A stretch of DNA of 64,000 bases from an uncultured virus (IMG/VR IMGVR_UViG_3300042878_001709). Taxonomy: Duplodnaviria > Heunggongvirae > Uroviricota > Caudoviricetes. Below, in pieces: positions 29,635-39,543 of the stretch. Within the stretch, counting starts at the first letter, position 1. Each line of letters starts with the position of its first letter. The notes below the pieces were generated by a model. The model did no database searches. It worked only from the letters and a program-made list of their open reading frames with translations, and had not been told where the DNA came from. The position numbers and the translations under genes are program-made. The DNA lies in IMG/VR virus record IMGVR_UViG_3300042878_001709, positions 62,001 through 126,000 of that record; one strand, given 5' to 3'.

Positions 29635-29973
29635 TTATAATTCTTTTATAATACCCTTCATTAGTAAAGTATTATACGCCATTTTAAATGGTATATTTGT
29701 TTTATTAAGTGCAACTGAACCCATTTTATCATCGATTTCTTCCATATATCCTAGTATAGTTGCAATCATCTCTCTATACAATTCATATTTAGTGATGTCT
29801 ATCTGGATTGCACTATCATCCATAATATCATCATCACCATTATCGATGGATTCTTTTTGTATTGTAACATTGTCCATTACTTTATTTTCTATTTTAACAA
29901 CATCTGAAAGTTTGTCAATATCGAAATAAAGTTCTTTTCCACCAATCTCTAAAAGTAAATTATCGTTTTCCAT
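29635..29973 (-). CDS. hypothetical protein
   Basis: 112 aa ORF in operon. Confidence 0.65.
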   Translation of the reverse strand: MENDNLLLEIGGKELYFDIDKLSDVVKIENKVMDNVTIQKESIDNGDDDIMDDSAIQIDITKYELYREMIATILGYMEEIDDKMGSVALNKTNIPFKMAYNTLLMKGIIKEL

Positions 29974-30017
29974 AAGTTTTTATTATTATTTTATTATAAA
30001 ATTTAGATAAGTAAATG

Positions 30018-30629
30018 TTAAACATCTTCAAATTCGATTGTTTTAGTATTTAATATTTTTTCTAATAATTTTTTATCGTCTAAAATTTCTTTTAGATCCA
30101 AAATAGTATAGTCTGATTCACTATCTTTATTATAGTGATTAATAACTTTTATAGTTATTTTACTATTTGGTTTATTGTCTAAAATTTCAGGATCTGCAGT
30201 TATTATTACATCCACATAATCCCAAACTTTATCATAGTCTTTAATAAAAATAATTTTATTAATTTTTGCAGATAATTTAGATAAGAAAAATAAAGTTGCA
30301 GGTTTACTATTATTTAATTCCCTACTAACTACAATAGGTGTATGACCCATATCTTCTATTAGGTTATGTAACTGATTTAAATGTTCTACAGAATTTAATT
30401 TAGTTTCACCTGCATGTCCAAATATCTCTAATGATGAATCGACATATAGAAATTTATTTAACTCCTCAGTACCACCTGTAAAATTAAAATGATCTATTAG
30501 GTTGGATGTGGTTATTTCTCTTTTGATTGGTTCCTCATCTAACTCAGAAGGATAATATTTATCATAGACAGATTCGAACTTAGTCATAAAATCTCTTACT
30601 ACCCCATTAATTGTTATCCCTACTTTCAT
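30018..30629 (-). CDS. 5'(3')-deoxyribonucleotidase-like HAD protein with degenerate catalytic motif
   Basis: MKVGITINGVVRDF aligns with hhhDhDGVhxDF; C-terminal DVIITADP and HYNK motifs. Confidence 0.6.
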   Translation of the reverse strand: MKVGITINGVVRDFMTKFESVYDKYYPSELDEEPIKREITTSNLIDHFNFTGGTEELNKFLYVDSSLEIFGHAGETKLNSVEHLNQLHNLIEDMGHTPIVVSRELNNSKPATLFFLSKLSAKINKIIFIKDYDKVWDYVDVIITADPEILDNKPNSKITIKVINHYNKDSESDYTILDLKEILDDKKLLEKILNTKTIEFEDV

Positions 30630-30774
30630 ATTTTTCTACTTTATAAATTTTTAATAACTCTTTAACGGTTATTTTTTTTAATGACGAAAAAAATTCTAAC
30701 GCCACTTCTAAATTTTCTTGTGTGGTATTATTTATCACTTCGCCTTTTTTTGTTTTCAATAGATACTTACCCAT
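30607..30774 (-). CDS. small hypothetical protein (55 aa, not in ORF track)
   Basis: TAATG coupling with the SET gene; MGKYLLKTKKGEVINNTTQENLEVALEFFSSLKKITVKELLKIYKVEKYESRDNN fills the gap. Confidence 0.65.
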   Translation of the reverse strand: MGKYLLKTKKGEVINNTTQENLEVALEFFSSLKKITVKELLKIYKVEKYESRDNN

Positions 30775-31154
30775 TATTGTACAGTTTTTACTACTTTTTC
30801 ATATCCCTCACCATAATTAGTAAAAATCTCTTCACCTGATTTAATATTTTTTATGGTAAAAAATGTAAATAAATTATTTTCTTCGTTAGTCATCCAGTTA
30901 GCATTATTATTTTTAGAGTGATTATAGATTGAACCAAAACCCCAAACTACAACAGATTTTGATGCGAAAGAAGTTTTTGGCCAAGCAAACACATATTCTT
31001 GTAATTTTTTATCTATAGAAATGAAAGGTTGTTCTAAAATAGTAAAATGACAATTTTCTATGATTTCACCTTCATTAATATCTTCTTTAGCGAAAACACC
31101 TCTACCGTGTGTTAACGAATCCCTAACTTCAATTTTATTACTTATAAATACCAT
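30774..31154 (-). CDS. SET-domain protein lysine methyltransferase
   Basis: IEVRDS..HGRGVFAKEDI.EGEII, IYNHS..NNA, IKSGEEIFTNYG. Confidence 0.92.
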   Translation of the reverse strand: MVFISNKIEVRDSLTHGRGVFAKEDINEGEIIENCHFTILEQPFISIDKKLQEYVFAWPKTSFASKSVVVWGFGSIYNHSKNNNANWMTNEENNLFTFFTIKNIKSGEEIFTNYGEGYEKVVKTVQ

Positions 31155-31155
31155 A

Positions 31156-31911
31156 TTAAGGTTCTAACGTTTCAAAAATCTCTTCGATTAATTTTATTAT
31201 AGGATTTCTAATAACATCCTCTGGATTTCTTAATTCAACACAACCGAAACCTTTAACGTCTTTAAATTTTTCTAATACTACACCTAAAGAACTATCTTTT
31301 TTATTTCTTAAATCTTTTTGTTTAACGTCACCCATAATAACCATTTTAGAATTATCTCCGATTCTAGTCATAAGTGTGCGTATATTATCTAATGTAATAT
31401 TTTGTGCCTCATCAATTAATATTACTGAGTTATCAATACTCCTACCTCTTGCAAACGCAATCGGTACTATTTCTATTACACCTAACTCAATTAATTTATC
31501 CATTCTACTTTTACCAATTAATTTTCTAATATTATCAGTAAAAGATTCCATTATCGGTGCCATTTTTTCTTTTAAATCTCCAGGTAAGTGACCAATCTCC
31601 TCATTTTTTAAAGGAGTTATTGATTTTATCAATACAATTCTTTTATACTTTTCCTCGATAGTAACCATTTTTAATGCTTCTGCACAAGATAAAAAAGTCT
31701 TTCCTGATCCAGGTAAACCACTACAAATAGTTATTTCATTATTTTTTATAGAATCTACTAATTTTTTTTGATTTTCTGTCTTACATTTTACATTGATGGT
31801 TATAGTTTTAAAAACTTTTTCCTCCTCAATATTGTTTCTATTAAGAAACACTTCCATTTCTAGGATTTCTTCCTCTGAAAGTTGTTTATTTTTTCTTCTA
31901 TTTCTACTCAT
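31156..31911 (-). CDS. phoH: PhoH family ATPase
   Basis: GLPGSGKT, EEIGHLPGDLKEK, PIAFARGRSI, IDEAQN, LMTRIG..SKMVIMGD..Q.D. Confidence 0.95.
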   Translation of the reverse strand: MSRNRRKNKQLSEEEILEMEVFLNRNNIEEEKVFKTITINVKCKTENQKKLVDSIKNNEITICSGLPGSGKTFLSCAEALKMVTIEEKYKRIVLIKSITPLKNEEIGHLPGDLKEKMAPIMESFTDNIRKLIGKSRMDKLIELGVIEIVPIAFARGRSIDNSVILIDEAQNITLDNIRTLMTRIGDNSKMVIMGDVKQKDLRNKKDSSLGVVLEKFKDVKGFGCVELRNPEDVIRNPIIKLIEEIFETLEP

Positions 31912-31947
31912 ATATTAAGTTTAAAAATATTATTATAAAAGTGAATA

Positions 31948-32721
31948 CTAAATTTTATTACCTATAATATTTAACCATTCAAGTTTATCGTCAAGTGATT
32001 CAAAACACATCTCAGCCAATTCTTTATTTACTTTACCAATTCCTAATTTCTCATTTTCAATATGTGATTTAATATCGTCTAATGTTGTCCAAGAAAGTGA
32101 ATTAGGGTAGTCAGGTCTAATATTGTTTATACTTTTTAAACCACATAACCCCATTTCAATAATTGACGTTCCACCTCCAGCAAATTTAGACATCGATAAC
32201 CCGACAAAACATTGTGAATAAAAATCATATTGTACTTTATCTATCCACTCATTCATAGGTACTTTATAGTCGGCTACGAGTAAGTCATCATTAATACCCA
32301 AATTACTTATTAAATCCATACCGTAATATTCTTTTCTGTGGGACGGGACATATGAATAAATTTTTGATCCGAGTTTTAACGGATTTAATTTAAAACCATT
32401 TCTCCATATTGGTATTACCTCACAGTTTATCCCTTTTTGATTTAATTGGTTTTTTACATTTGGTATACATGTGATGTTTCTAATATTAACATTTTCCGAT
32501 ATGTATTTTAATCCATCACCGTTTATGAAATTAGAATCTACACCACCCCAAAATATAACGACATTTGACTTTATACTTTTTATAACGTTTACATCATTAT
32601 TGTTGTACACACCGAAAATAACTGTCGGTTTAGTTAAATCAGTTAATTCATCTAAATTAAATTTTTTTACAAAATTAAAAGATGATAGACTGTTAGAAGA
32701 GTATCCTTGTTTAATTCTCAT
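31948..32721 (-). CDS. glycosyltransferase-like protein (reduced GT-B)
   Basis: FWGGVDS, YSQCFVGL...GGGTSIIEMGLCG resemble GT-B donor-site motifs. Confidence 0.5.
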   Translation of the reverse strand: MRIKQGYSSNSLSSFNFVKKFNLDELTDLTKPTVIFGVYNNNDVNVIKSIKSNVVIFWGGVDSNFINGDGLKYISENVNIRNITCIPNVKNQLNQKGINCEVIPIWRNGFKLNPLKLGSKIYSYVPSHRKEYYGMDLISNLGINDDLLVADYKVPMNEWIDKVQYDFYSQCFVGLSMSKFAGGGTSIIEMGLCGLKSINNIRPDYPNSLSWTTLDDIKSHIENEKLGIGKVNKELAEMCFESLDDKLEWLNIIGNKI

Positions 32722-33535
32722 ATCCCATATTTTTTTTTAGTTTATCTATAAATTTAACTATCCTATCATTATATACGTCATTAAACCAACCCAACATGTG
32801 TTCTCTATTTGGTTTACCCCATAACTCATATATTTTTAATTTATCCATACTATACGATAAATCTCTAAATCTATAGTGATTTATCATCAATTCATCCGAA
32901 ACAAATTGTTTAGTTTCGAAAGGTTGTTTAAAATTATTTTTATCTTTGTTTGAGTCTACTTTAATGTAGTTTGGATTTAAATTTGAGTAATGTACTGATG
33001 GGATATTCTTAATTGCTTTTGGTTTAAAAATTGGTTTTACATGTAAATTAAATACTTCATTGTCTCTACTAGATTTTCTTATTTTATCTATTAATAATTC
33101 GTTTTCTTTTAATTCAACACCGTTATTACCGAATAAAACCCAGTTTACTGATATCTCACCAACATTTTCAGGAAATGTTTTTAAGACATCTTTTATATTA
33201 TCTTCTTTAATAGGGTATATAAATTCATCTGTGGATACATGAATAACCCAATCATCGTTGGATTTTTTAACAATATTATTCATTTCATTTAACCAACTAC
33301 TAACAAGTAATAACTCATTTGTCATTCCATTTGGGTTTTTGGTTATGTCGATAGACATATTTGTTAAAATAACTTTACCACTTTCGATATAAGGTTTTAA
33401 AACTGACAGATAATCATCGGTTGAGTTATTATTAACTAAATAAAACTTATCTACCCCAATAAGTGAATGGAATTCAATCCATTCTTTTAAGTATTTTGAT
33501 TCATTCCAAAATACAGATACTATAGAAACTTCCAT
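32711..33535 (-). CDS. glycosyltransferase family 92 / GT2-like
   Basis: NESKYLKEWIEFH..IGVDKFYL.NN.STD, WVIHVSTDEFI, VKPIF, INHY. Confidence 0.85.
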   Translation of the reverse strand: MEVSIVSVFWNESKYLKEWIEFHSLIGVDKFYLVNNNSTDDYLSVLKPYIESGKVILTNMSIDITKNPNGMTNELLLVSSWLNEMNNIVKKSNDDWVIHVSTDEFIYPIKEDNIKDVLKTFPENVGEISVNWVLFGNNGVELKENELLIDKIRKSSRDNEVFNLHVKPIFKPKAIKNIPSVHYSNLNPNYIKVDSNKDKNNFKQPFETKQFVSDELMINHYRFRDLSYSMDKLKIYELWGKPNREHMLGWFNDVYNDRIVKFIDKLKKNMGYEN

Positions 33536-33540
33536 ATATT

Positions 33541-34134
33541 TTATTTTATTTTATTTGTAGGTATACCTCCATAAACACCAGGTATATTTATTGACTTAAC
33601 TACACCAGAACCAAGACCTATTGTAACATCATCACATATTTCTATTTTTTCTCTAATTGATGAATTAGTGCCAATATATACACAGTCACCTATTTTACAA
33701 TTACCAGAAATTTTAGCACCTGGTGCCGTAGTAAAAAAATCCCCAATAGTGGTATCATGTCCAATAGTTGTTGCCAAATTTAAGTGTGCGTGTTTACCTA
33801 TTTTAACATTAGTTGTTATAATAGTATTTGGACATATTATTGATCCCTCACCAATAAAGATATTATTATCTAATATTTGAACACTCTTATGTTTTACTAT
33901 AAAAAATTTAGTATTTTTTGGTAACTTATCTAAGATTGATTTTCTAACTTTAGGATCCCCTATCGCAATAACAACTTCATATTCTTTAACATTCAAAGTA
34001 GATAGAGGTTGAGATGTCTGATCAACATATTGATCATCAACAAAAAATTCAATTTCTTCGTTTGGGTTATTATCAAGTAATATACATTTTACTTCCTTAG
34101 CGAAACCACCAGATCCTATTATTGCTTTTTTCAT
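33541..34134 (-). CDS. sugar N/O-acetyltransferase (PglD/NeuD-like hexapeptide repeat)
   Basis: IIGSGGFAKE, IAIGDP..R, left-handed beta-helix repeats, TIGHD, GGIP. Confidence 0.9.
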   Translation of the reverse strand: MKKAIIGSGGFAKEVKCILLDNNPNEEIEFFVDDQYVDQTSQPLSTLNVKEYEVVIAIGDPKVRKSILDKLPKNTKFFIVKHKSVQILDNNIFIGEGSIICPNTIITTNVKIGKHAHLNLATTIGHDTTIGDFFTTAPGAKISGNCKIGDCVYIGTNSSIREKIEICDDVTIGLGSGVVKSINIPGVYGGIPTNKIK

Positions 34135-34775
34135 TTTTTATATATTTCAAATTTTGATAAATCTGGATAAGGTAATGTTAAATCATCATTGTGTTTAGGT
34201 GATCCATCAATATTATAAAATTGATTCATTAATAATACTCCTCTAGCAGCTAATTCAGGCATCATGTAAAAATTCCAACCCAACATATCAAAATTATCGT
34301 CATGATATGAACATTCACGTCTACCACTGTATCTTGCTCGCCTAAACCATAAATATGCATCATAATCATCTGTTAAAATTGCACCCCCTTTTGATAATTT
34401 GAAGTGTTTGTATGGTCCAGTAAAGGATATACACATATGAGTACCAGGTTTATACATGTCATATGTAAAACTTAGGGCTGAGTCCCAAACGTTACTACCA
34501 ATTAAATTATACGAACCAGTTAATGATTTTTCTGTAACACCATAAAAATCAACTTTTAATCCCGCATGAATAATTTCACACGGTACAGATGGGTATGTTC
34601 TAGATGGTATAGTTATTGTGTCACCAGTTATCGATTTTTTAACATATTTTTCATAATATAATGATAAAAATAATGCATTGCTTTGATTATCTACCGCAAC
34701 CACATAAGGTGAACACGTATAATCTGATAAACACTTTTCAAAATCGTTTGTTATTTTATAAATTCCATTTGCCAT
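34131..34775 (-). CDS. DegT/DnrJ/EryC1/StrS sugar aminotransferase (short form)
   Basis: FEK.LSDY..SPYVVAV.N.SNALFLSL, IP..TYPSV, WDSA, ISFTGPYKH (PLP Lys), GGAILTDD, GWNFYM. Confidence 0.85.
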   Translation of the reverse strand: MANGIYKITNDFEKCLSDYTCSPYVVAVDNQSNALFLSLYYEKYVKKSITGDTITIPSRTYPSVPCEIIHAGLKVDFYGVTEKSLTGSYNLIGSNVWDSALSFTYDMYKPGTHMCISFTGPYKHFKLSKGGAILTDDYDAYLWFRRARYSGRRECSYHDDNFDMLGWNFYMMPELAARGVLLMNQFYNIDGSPKHNDDLTLPYPDLSKFEIYKK

Positions 34776-34785
34776 ATACTTTTTT

Positions 34786-35439
34786 TTATAAATCTTCTTT
34801 TAATCCAAAACCCTGTGATGGTACAAAAATAAAATTTTCAGGTACCCATACTTTATTTGGTATATTATCATGTAATTTTTTGATTACTCTAAAATCTCCA
34901 CATTTCCAACCATCCCATATTGATAAATTTCGATATTTACTATTAAAAGTAAAACATGATCCACCAATACCACCTATGGTTGGGTATTCACCATTTGACA
35001 TATTCACTGGTAACACTACACCATTCGAATATATCATTCTCCAATATATTAAAAAATCTTCATTACATTCATTAATAATATTAACTATTTTTTCTACTGT
35101 ATCTAATGAAGTAAATCTATCGTCATCATCTAAATAAATTACCCATCCTTCTTTAACTAAATTAATCATTTTATTAAAATATAGATTATGTGGTGAATAA
35201 ACTCCAGTGTGTGGGTTTGGGGATTTATCATTTTTAATAATCTCCTCTCTATCTATAAAAATAAAATTTTCTATACCATTTTCTTTAATATAGTTTATAG
35301 AATCTTTATCATCAGTACAGACAATATGGTTAATATTTTTGTATGTCTGATTTTTTATATTTTCAACATTAATTTTAAACCCTTTAGGTCTATTAGATGT
35401 TCTAGTTAATATATTAATTAAGGGTGTTTCCATTTCCAA
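34786..35439 (-). CDS. glycosyltransferase family 2
   Basis: LINILTRT..RP...NIKNQTYKNINHIVCTDD; WVIYLDDDD; GDF. Confidence 0.85.
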   Translation of the reverse strand: MEMETPLINILTRTSNRPKGFKINVENIKNQTYKNINHIVCTDDKDSINYIKENGIENFIFIDREEIIKNDKSPNPHTGVYSPHNLYFNKMINLVKEGWVIYLDDDDRFTSLDTVEKIVNIINECNEDFLIYWRMIYSNGVVLPVNMSNGEYPTIGGIGGSCFTFNSKYRNLSIWDGWKCGDFRVIKKLHDNIPNKVWVPENFIFVPSQGFGLKEDL

Positions 35440-36988
35440 TTAAAGTTTCAAATTCTTTTCTTTTTATATTAGTGAAGTAGTCAAATGTTTTTCTATTATT
35501 AATAATAAAAGGTATTATTCTATTTGTGTAATCTTCTGACTCTCTTTTTAATTTTTCCTCACTTTTATTTCTAGTTATACTTTCATAGTGATAACATACA
35601 GATTCACCAACAAATATATTTACTTTATTTCTACTAATACATTCAATATTTAATTCCACATCCTCAAAACATTCCGTATAACTTTCATTAAATCCTCCAA
35701 TGTCGTTGAATAGGTTCTTATTAATCATTAAAAAGGCACCTGTATTACCGAATACACCTTTTTTAGTATCTGTATGGTAATTATAGAATGAACGTAATCC
35801 ATAATGTGATAAATGTATATTTACTAGATGTTTTTGGTTATTAACTCTACCATTTTGTGATATATACATTATAATTCCTGAGTGTTGGATGGTGTTGTTG
35901 CCGTAATGTAATCTGGCACCAATAGTACCCACAGTATTTTTATTTTTATTATAGGTATCAATCATTTTAGTGATTGCATTATTTACTAACTTAATATCAT
36001 TATTACAAAATAATAAAACTTCAGTATCTTTTTCTATATGATTATTAACTACATCATTATTTATCGATGCGAAATTATAATAATCGTACTCAATTAATTT
36101 TATCTGATCACCCATTTTAGAAATAAATTCTTTAATAATATTAATTTCTTCTTCAGTGGATCCTGTATCTGCAATATAAATTTTATACATAGTATACCCA
36201 TCATTATCATATATAGAGTCAATACATTGTTTTAAAAAATCAACATTACCTTTAGTAGGTATAATTATCGATAATTTTGGGGTTTCTTTTAAATTAATTT
36301 CTTTATGTTCTACTCTTATTTCAGGTTCAATATTATGGGGTAAATTATCTTTATATTTCTCAACAAACTGTAAACGATTACTTTCCCATTGAGAGTTAGT
36401 CGCACCTATAGACATATGTGTAACTTTAACATCAAAGACTACCCCCACTTTTGCACCTAATAGATGATTATTATATGTAAAATCTATGTCGTAGAAGTGA
36501 AAACCTTTTAAATTCTCATCAAAATCTGTTTTTATTCTTTGTTTATGACATGCGAAAAATAAACCATCAGTAGTTACCACTTCTAAAATATCGTCACCGA
36601 AATTAGATGAATATTTAGATTCCCAAGTTCTACCATTATTAGAGTGTTTTACAATACCCACCATTTTGGTACTATCTTCCCACCATTTACCTGATAAAGG
36701 CATATCAGTAGTTCCTGCAATACCTAAGATAGAAAAGTCACTACGATTAAAGTGATTAATTATTTTTTTACCCCAACCATCCTTATTAAAGAGAATATCA
36801 TCGTGACAGAAAATTACAATGTCATATTTAGAATCTTTTAAACCTCTATTATATATTTCAGTTAACGAATATTCTCCATTATTAACATATTGTAAAATTT
36901 CTATATTTTTAGATAACCCCGATGAATGTTTTAAATGGTTATTATGTTTTTGGTTATCGGTTCTTGTTGAAAATACTACACTAATCAT
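35414..36988 (-). CDS. two-domain GT2 glycosyltransferase
   Basis: Domain 1: YNRGL..SKYDIVIFCHDD, FHFYDID. Domain 2: LSIIIPTK, DTGS, LFCNND, TGAFLMI, GGFNE...FEDVE. Confidence 0.9.
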   Translation of the reverse strand: MISVVFSTRTDNQKHNNHLKHSSGLSKNIEILQYVNNGEYSLTEIYNRGLKDSKYDIVIFCHDDILFNKDGWGKKIINHFNRSDFSILGIAGTTDMPLSGKWWEDSTKMVGIVKHSNNGRTWESKYSSNFGDDILEVVTTDGLFFACHKQRIKTDFDENLKGFHFYDIDFTYNNHLLGAKVGVVFDVKVTHMSIGATNSQWESNRLQFVEKYKDNLPHNIEPEIRVEHKEINLKETPKLSIIIPTKGNVDFLKQCIDSIYDNDGYTMYKIYIADTGSTEEEINIIKEFISKMGDQIKLIEYDYYNFASINNDVVNNHIEKDTEVLLFCNNDIKLVNNAITKMIDTYNKNKNTVGTIGARLHYGNNTIQHSGIIMYISQNGRVNNQKHLVNIHLSHYGLRSFYNYHTDTKKGVFGNTGAFLMINKNLFNDIGGFNESYTECFEDVELNIECISRNKVNIFVGESVCYHYESITRNKSEEKLKRESEDYTNRIIPFIINNRKTFDYFTNIKRKEFETLIGNGNTLN

Positions 36989-36994
36989 ATACTA

Positions 36995-37573
36995 TTAATA
37001 TTTACCACTTGATCCAAATCCACCTTCACCTCTTTCAGTTTCAGATAAATTATTTACTTTGGAAAGATCACTAATTCCTTGCCCTATTACATTGACGATA
37101 ACTCCTTGTGCAATTCTTTCCCCTGGTTGTATTGTATACACTTCATTACTCAAATTAACTGCGATAATACCTACATCACCTCTGTAACCCTCGTCCACTG
37201 TACCAGGAGTGTTTAAAACAGAAATACCATATTTAAGTGCCATACCACTTCTAGGTCTAACTTGTAATTCAGTGTTTTGAGATAATTCAAAACGTAATCC
37301 AGTAGGTATTAACTTTCTTTCCAAAGGTTTCAAAGTAATCGGTTCTGAAATAAATGCCCTTAAATCAAATCCACTATCACCAATCTTTGCATATTCAGGA
37401 TCAGGATTATTAGAATTATTTGTAAATTTTGTTCTTATTTTAAAATCATTGATATCTAAATCAAATAAATTTTTGTTATCTAATGTCTCTATTTGGGACA
37501 TCAACGCATTTAATTCGTCTAACTCTCTAAGGTCTTTCGCAAAAGAAGAGTCAAAATCATCATTATCTATCAT
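36995..37573 (-). CDS. dut: dUTPase (trimeric)
   Basis: SGFDL, RPRSG, NTPGTVDEGYRG, GERIAQ, RGEGGFGSSG. Confidence 0.97.
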   Translation of the reverse strand: MIDNDDFDSSFAKDLRELDELNALMSQIETLDNKNLFDLDINDFKIRTKFTNNSNNPDPEYAKIGDSGFDLRAFISEPITLKPLERKLIPTGLRFELSQNTELQVRPRSGMALKYGISVLNTPGTVDEGYRGDVGIIAVNLSNEVYTIQPGERIAQGVIVNVIGQGISDLSKVNNLSETERGEGGFGSSGKY

Positions 37574-38136
37574 TTATTTATTTTTTTACATTCTATTATT
37601 GATAATTCATTTGCCTGTCTTAGTAGAGTAGATAATGTTGATCCATACCATTTAGATTGTTTATCTTCTTCTGATTTATCGTAATTAATAATCGATTGGT
37701 ATTCCTCCTCCGATAACTCAACTCCATTGGATAAGGCGTAGTATGCAGATCTTTCACCTATTTTCATAGAGATTAAATCCTCATTAAAATCATACATTTT
37801 ACCTAAATTATTTCTATGCCATTCAGATTCACAAAATTTATATAGAAATGTCTTACCTATTTGGTGTAAGAAACATACCTTAATGATAGATTTTTTATCT
37901 ACCCTTATATTTTCAGGTAAACTATCATTTAAATAAATCGCATATTTGGTAACTTTTAAAATGTGATCGATTAAACCTCCTGGAAATGCATTGTACATAC
38001 TTTCCATATTAGATGCAGGTGCGGTGAATAAATCTTCACCTAAAAAATTCACTAAAGATTCACTAAATATATCATTAGTTTTTGAAGTCTTATCAAACTT
38101 CTCTCTGTTTTTAATAATTTTTTCTTTTAATTCCAT
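37570..38136 (-). CDS. HD-domain-like protein (YhaM-like, degenerate)
   Basis: TAPAS....NAFPGGLIDH and LHQIGK where the family has HDIGK. Confidence 0.65.
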   Translation of the reverse strand: MELKEKIIKNREKFDKTSKTNDIFSESLVNFLGEDLFTAPASNMESMYNAFPGGLIDHILKVTKYAIYLNDSLPENIRVDKKSIIKVCFLHQIGKTFLYKFCESEWHRNNLGKMYDFNEDLISMKIGERSAYYALSNGVELSEEEYQSIINYDKSEEDKQSKWYGSTLSTLLRQANELSIIECKKINK

Positions 38137-38164
38137 ATTAATGTTTTATATAAGGATAAAGATT

Positions 38165-39421
38165 TTAATTGACTAAATCAACATCGACATATTTTTTTTC
38201 TGAAACTAATTTTTTATAAAGTTCACTTCTTTGTCCACAAACTGTTTTCATATCGTATCTACCATTAACAGTATTATATAGATTTTCACCCATACTAGTA
38301 ATTAATTCAGGATTTTCTATTAATCTTTTTAAATGTGAATACCATAATTTATGGTTTTTTGATGTAGGGACTAAAAACCCGTTACCGTTTTGGTTTATAG
38401 TACCACCTTTTTCATATGAATCAATGACATCTATTTGATAAGGTCCAAAATCTTGTGCGATTACCGCTTTTTTATGGAATCCAGACTCAATTATTTTTAA
38501 TTGTGATTTAACTTTATTGAAGTTACTCTCTTTTAATGGTGCCAATGATATATCAAATAGGTTATAATTTGAGGCATAAGAAGTAATAGGTTTTGTCCAT
38601 ACTCTCCTATATGGTTCATTCATAACATTTTCGTATTCTTTATTTTCAAAAGAAAGTAAAAAATCTCTATACTCTTCACTAACAATTTTATAATCATCAG
38701 TAAATATTTTTTCATATAAGTACCAAACAGATTCCTTTGGTTTTATCGGTCTTTGTGTTTGTTGTCCAGTCTTTTGATCAATTAAAGTCATAGTACCTCT
38801 TAAATCGAACCCACATAAGACAAATTGTACTTTATCGATTAAACCATCATGTCTCAATTTAGTCATTAAACCTTTTAATATTTCCAAATCCTTTAAATGA
38901 GATGAACCACCTAACCAACCTATTCTTATCCTTTCACTTTTTTCAGAGTTATTTTGATATTGTTTTTCTAAAGGATCGATAGCATTTGGTATTACATATA
39001 CATTTTTATTATGTTTACTTATCTCATCTGCAAATATTTTTGTTGTGGTAGTGACATTTTTAGATACCTTTATATTGTTAAGGATTTTCTTATCTAACTC
39101 ATTAGACTTAATAATTTCCCAAGCTGGATGATCGGATCCTGGTGACCAATGATCGTCTATATCCATAATTGTTGCAATACCTAATCTATCACATCTATCT
39201 AATAATCCTTTTAAATCATTATAGTCACCTAAAGTTCTATGGTAATGTATTAAGTCATACTGTTTTAAAAAATTATCATTTAATAATTCAGGTTCATAGT
39301 CGATATCAACATGAAAGTCATTCGGAAAATATTCTTCTAATTTAATGTGGGGTATTGTGGATCTATAATAACTCACGCCAGTACGATCGCTTGGGACTAC
39401 TAATACTTTAATTTTACTCAT
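38165..39421 (-). CDS. glycosyltransferase, GT-B (GT4-like)
   Basis: GVSYYR, DIDDHW, VIPNAID, IGWLGGSSH..DL, FDISLAPL...FN..KSQLKIIE. Confidence 0.88.
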   Translation of the reverse strand: MSKIKVLVVPSDRTGVSYYRSTIPHIKLEEYFPNDFHVDIDYEPELLNDNFLKQYDLIHYHRTLGDYNDLKGLLDRCDRLGIATIMDIDDHWSPGSDHPAWEIIKSNELDKKILNNIKVSKNVTTTTKIFADEISKHNKNVYVIPNAIDPLEKQYQNNSEKSERIRIGWLGGSSHLKDLEILKGLMTKLRHDGLIDKVQFVLCGFDLRGTMTLIDQKTGQQTQRPIKPKESVWYLYEKIFTDDYKIVSEEYRDFLLSFENKEYENVMNEPYRRVWTKPITSYASNYNLFDISLAPLKESNFNKVKSQLKIIESGFHKKAVIAQDFGPYQIDVIDSYEKGGTINQNGNGFLVPTSKNHKLWYSHLKRLIENPELITSMGENLYNTVNGRYDMKTVCGQRSELYKKLVSEKKYVDVDLVN

Positions 39422-39491
39422 AATTAATTTTTTATATAATGATAATCATAAATAATTTATTTTTAAATAATAAAAAAAAATTAATTAAAAA

Positions 39492-39523
39492 TTTGGCAGT
39501 TTAAAATGTTTTATATACATTTG
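39492..39523 (+). promoter_or_regulatory. Bacteroidota-type housekeeping promoter (-33/-7)
   Basis: TTTG (39492-39495)-N20-TACATTTG (39516-39523). Confidence 0.75.
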
Positions 39524-39543
39524 TTAATATAAAATCAAACACT

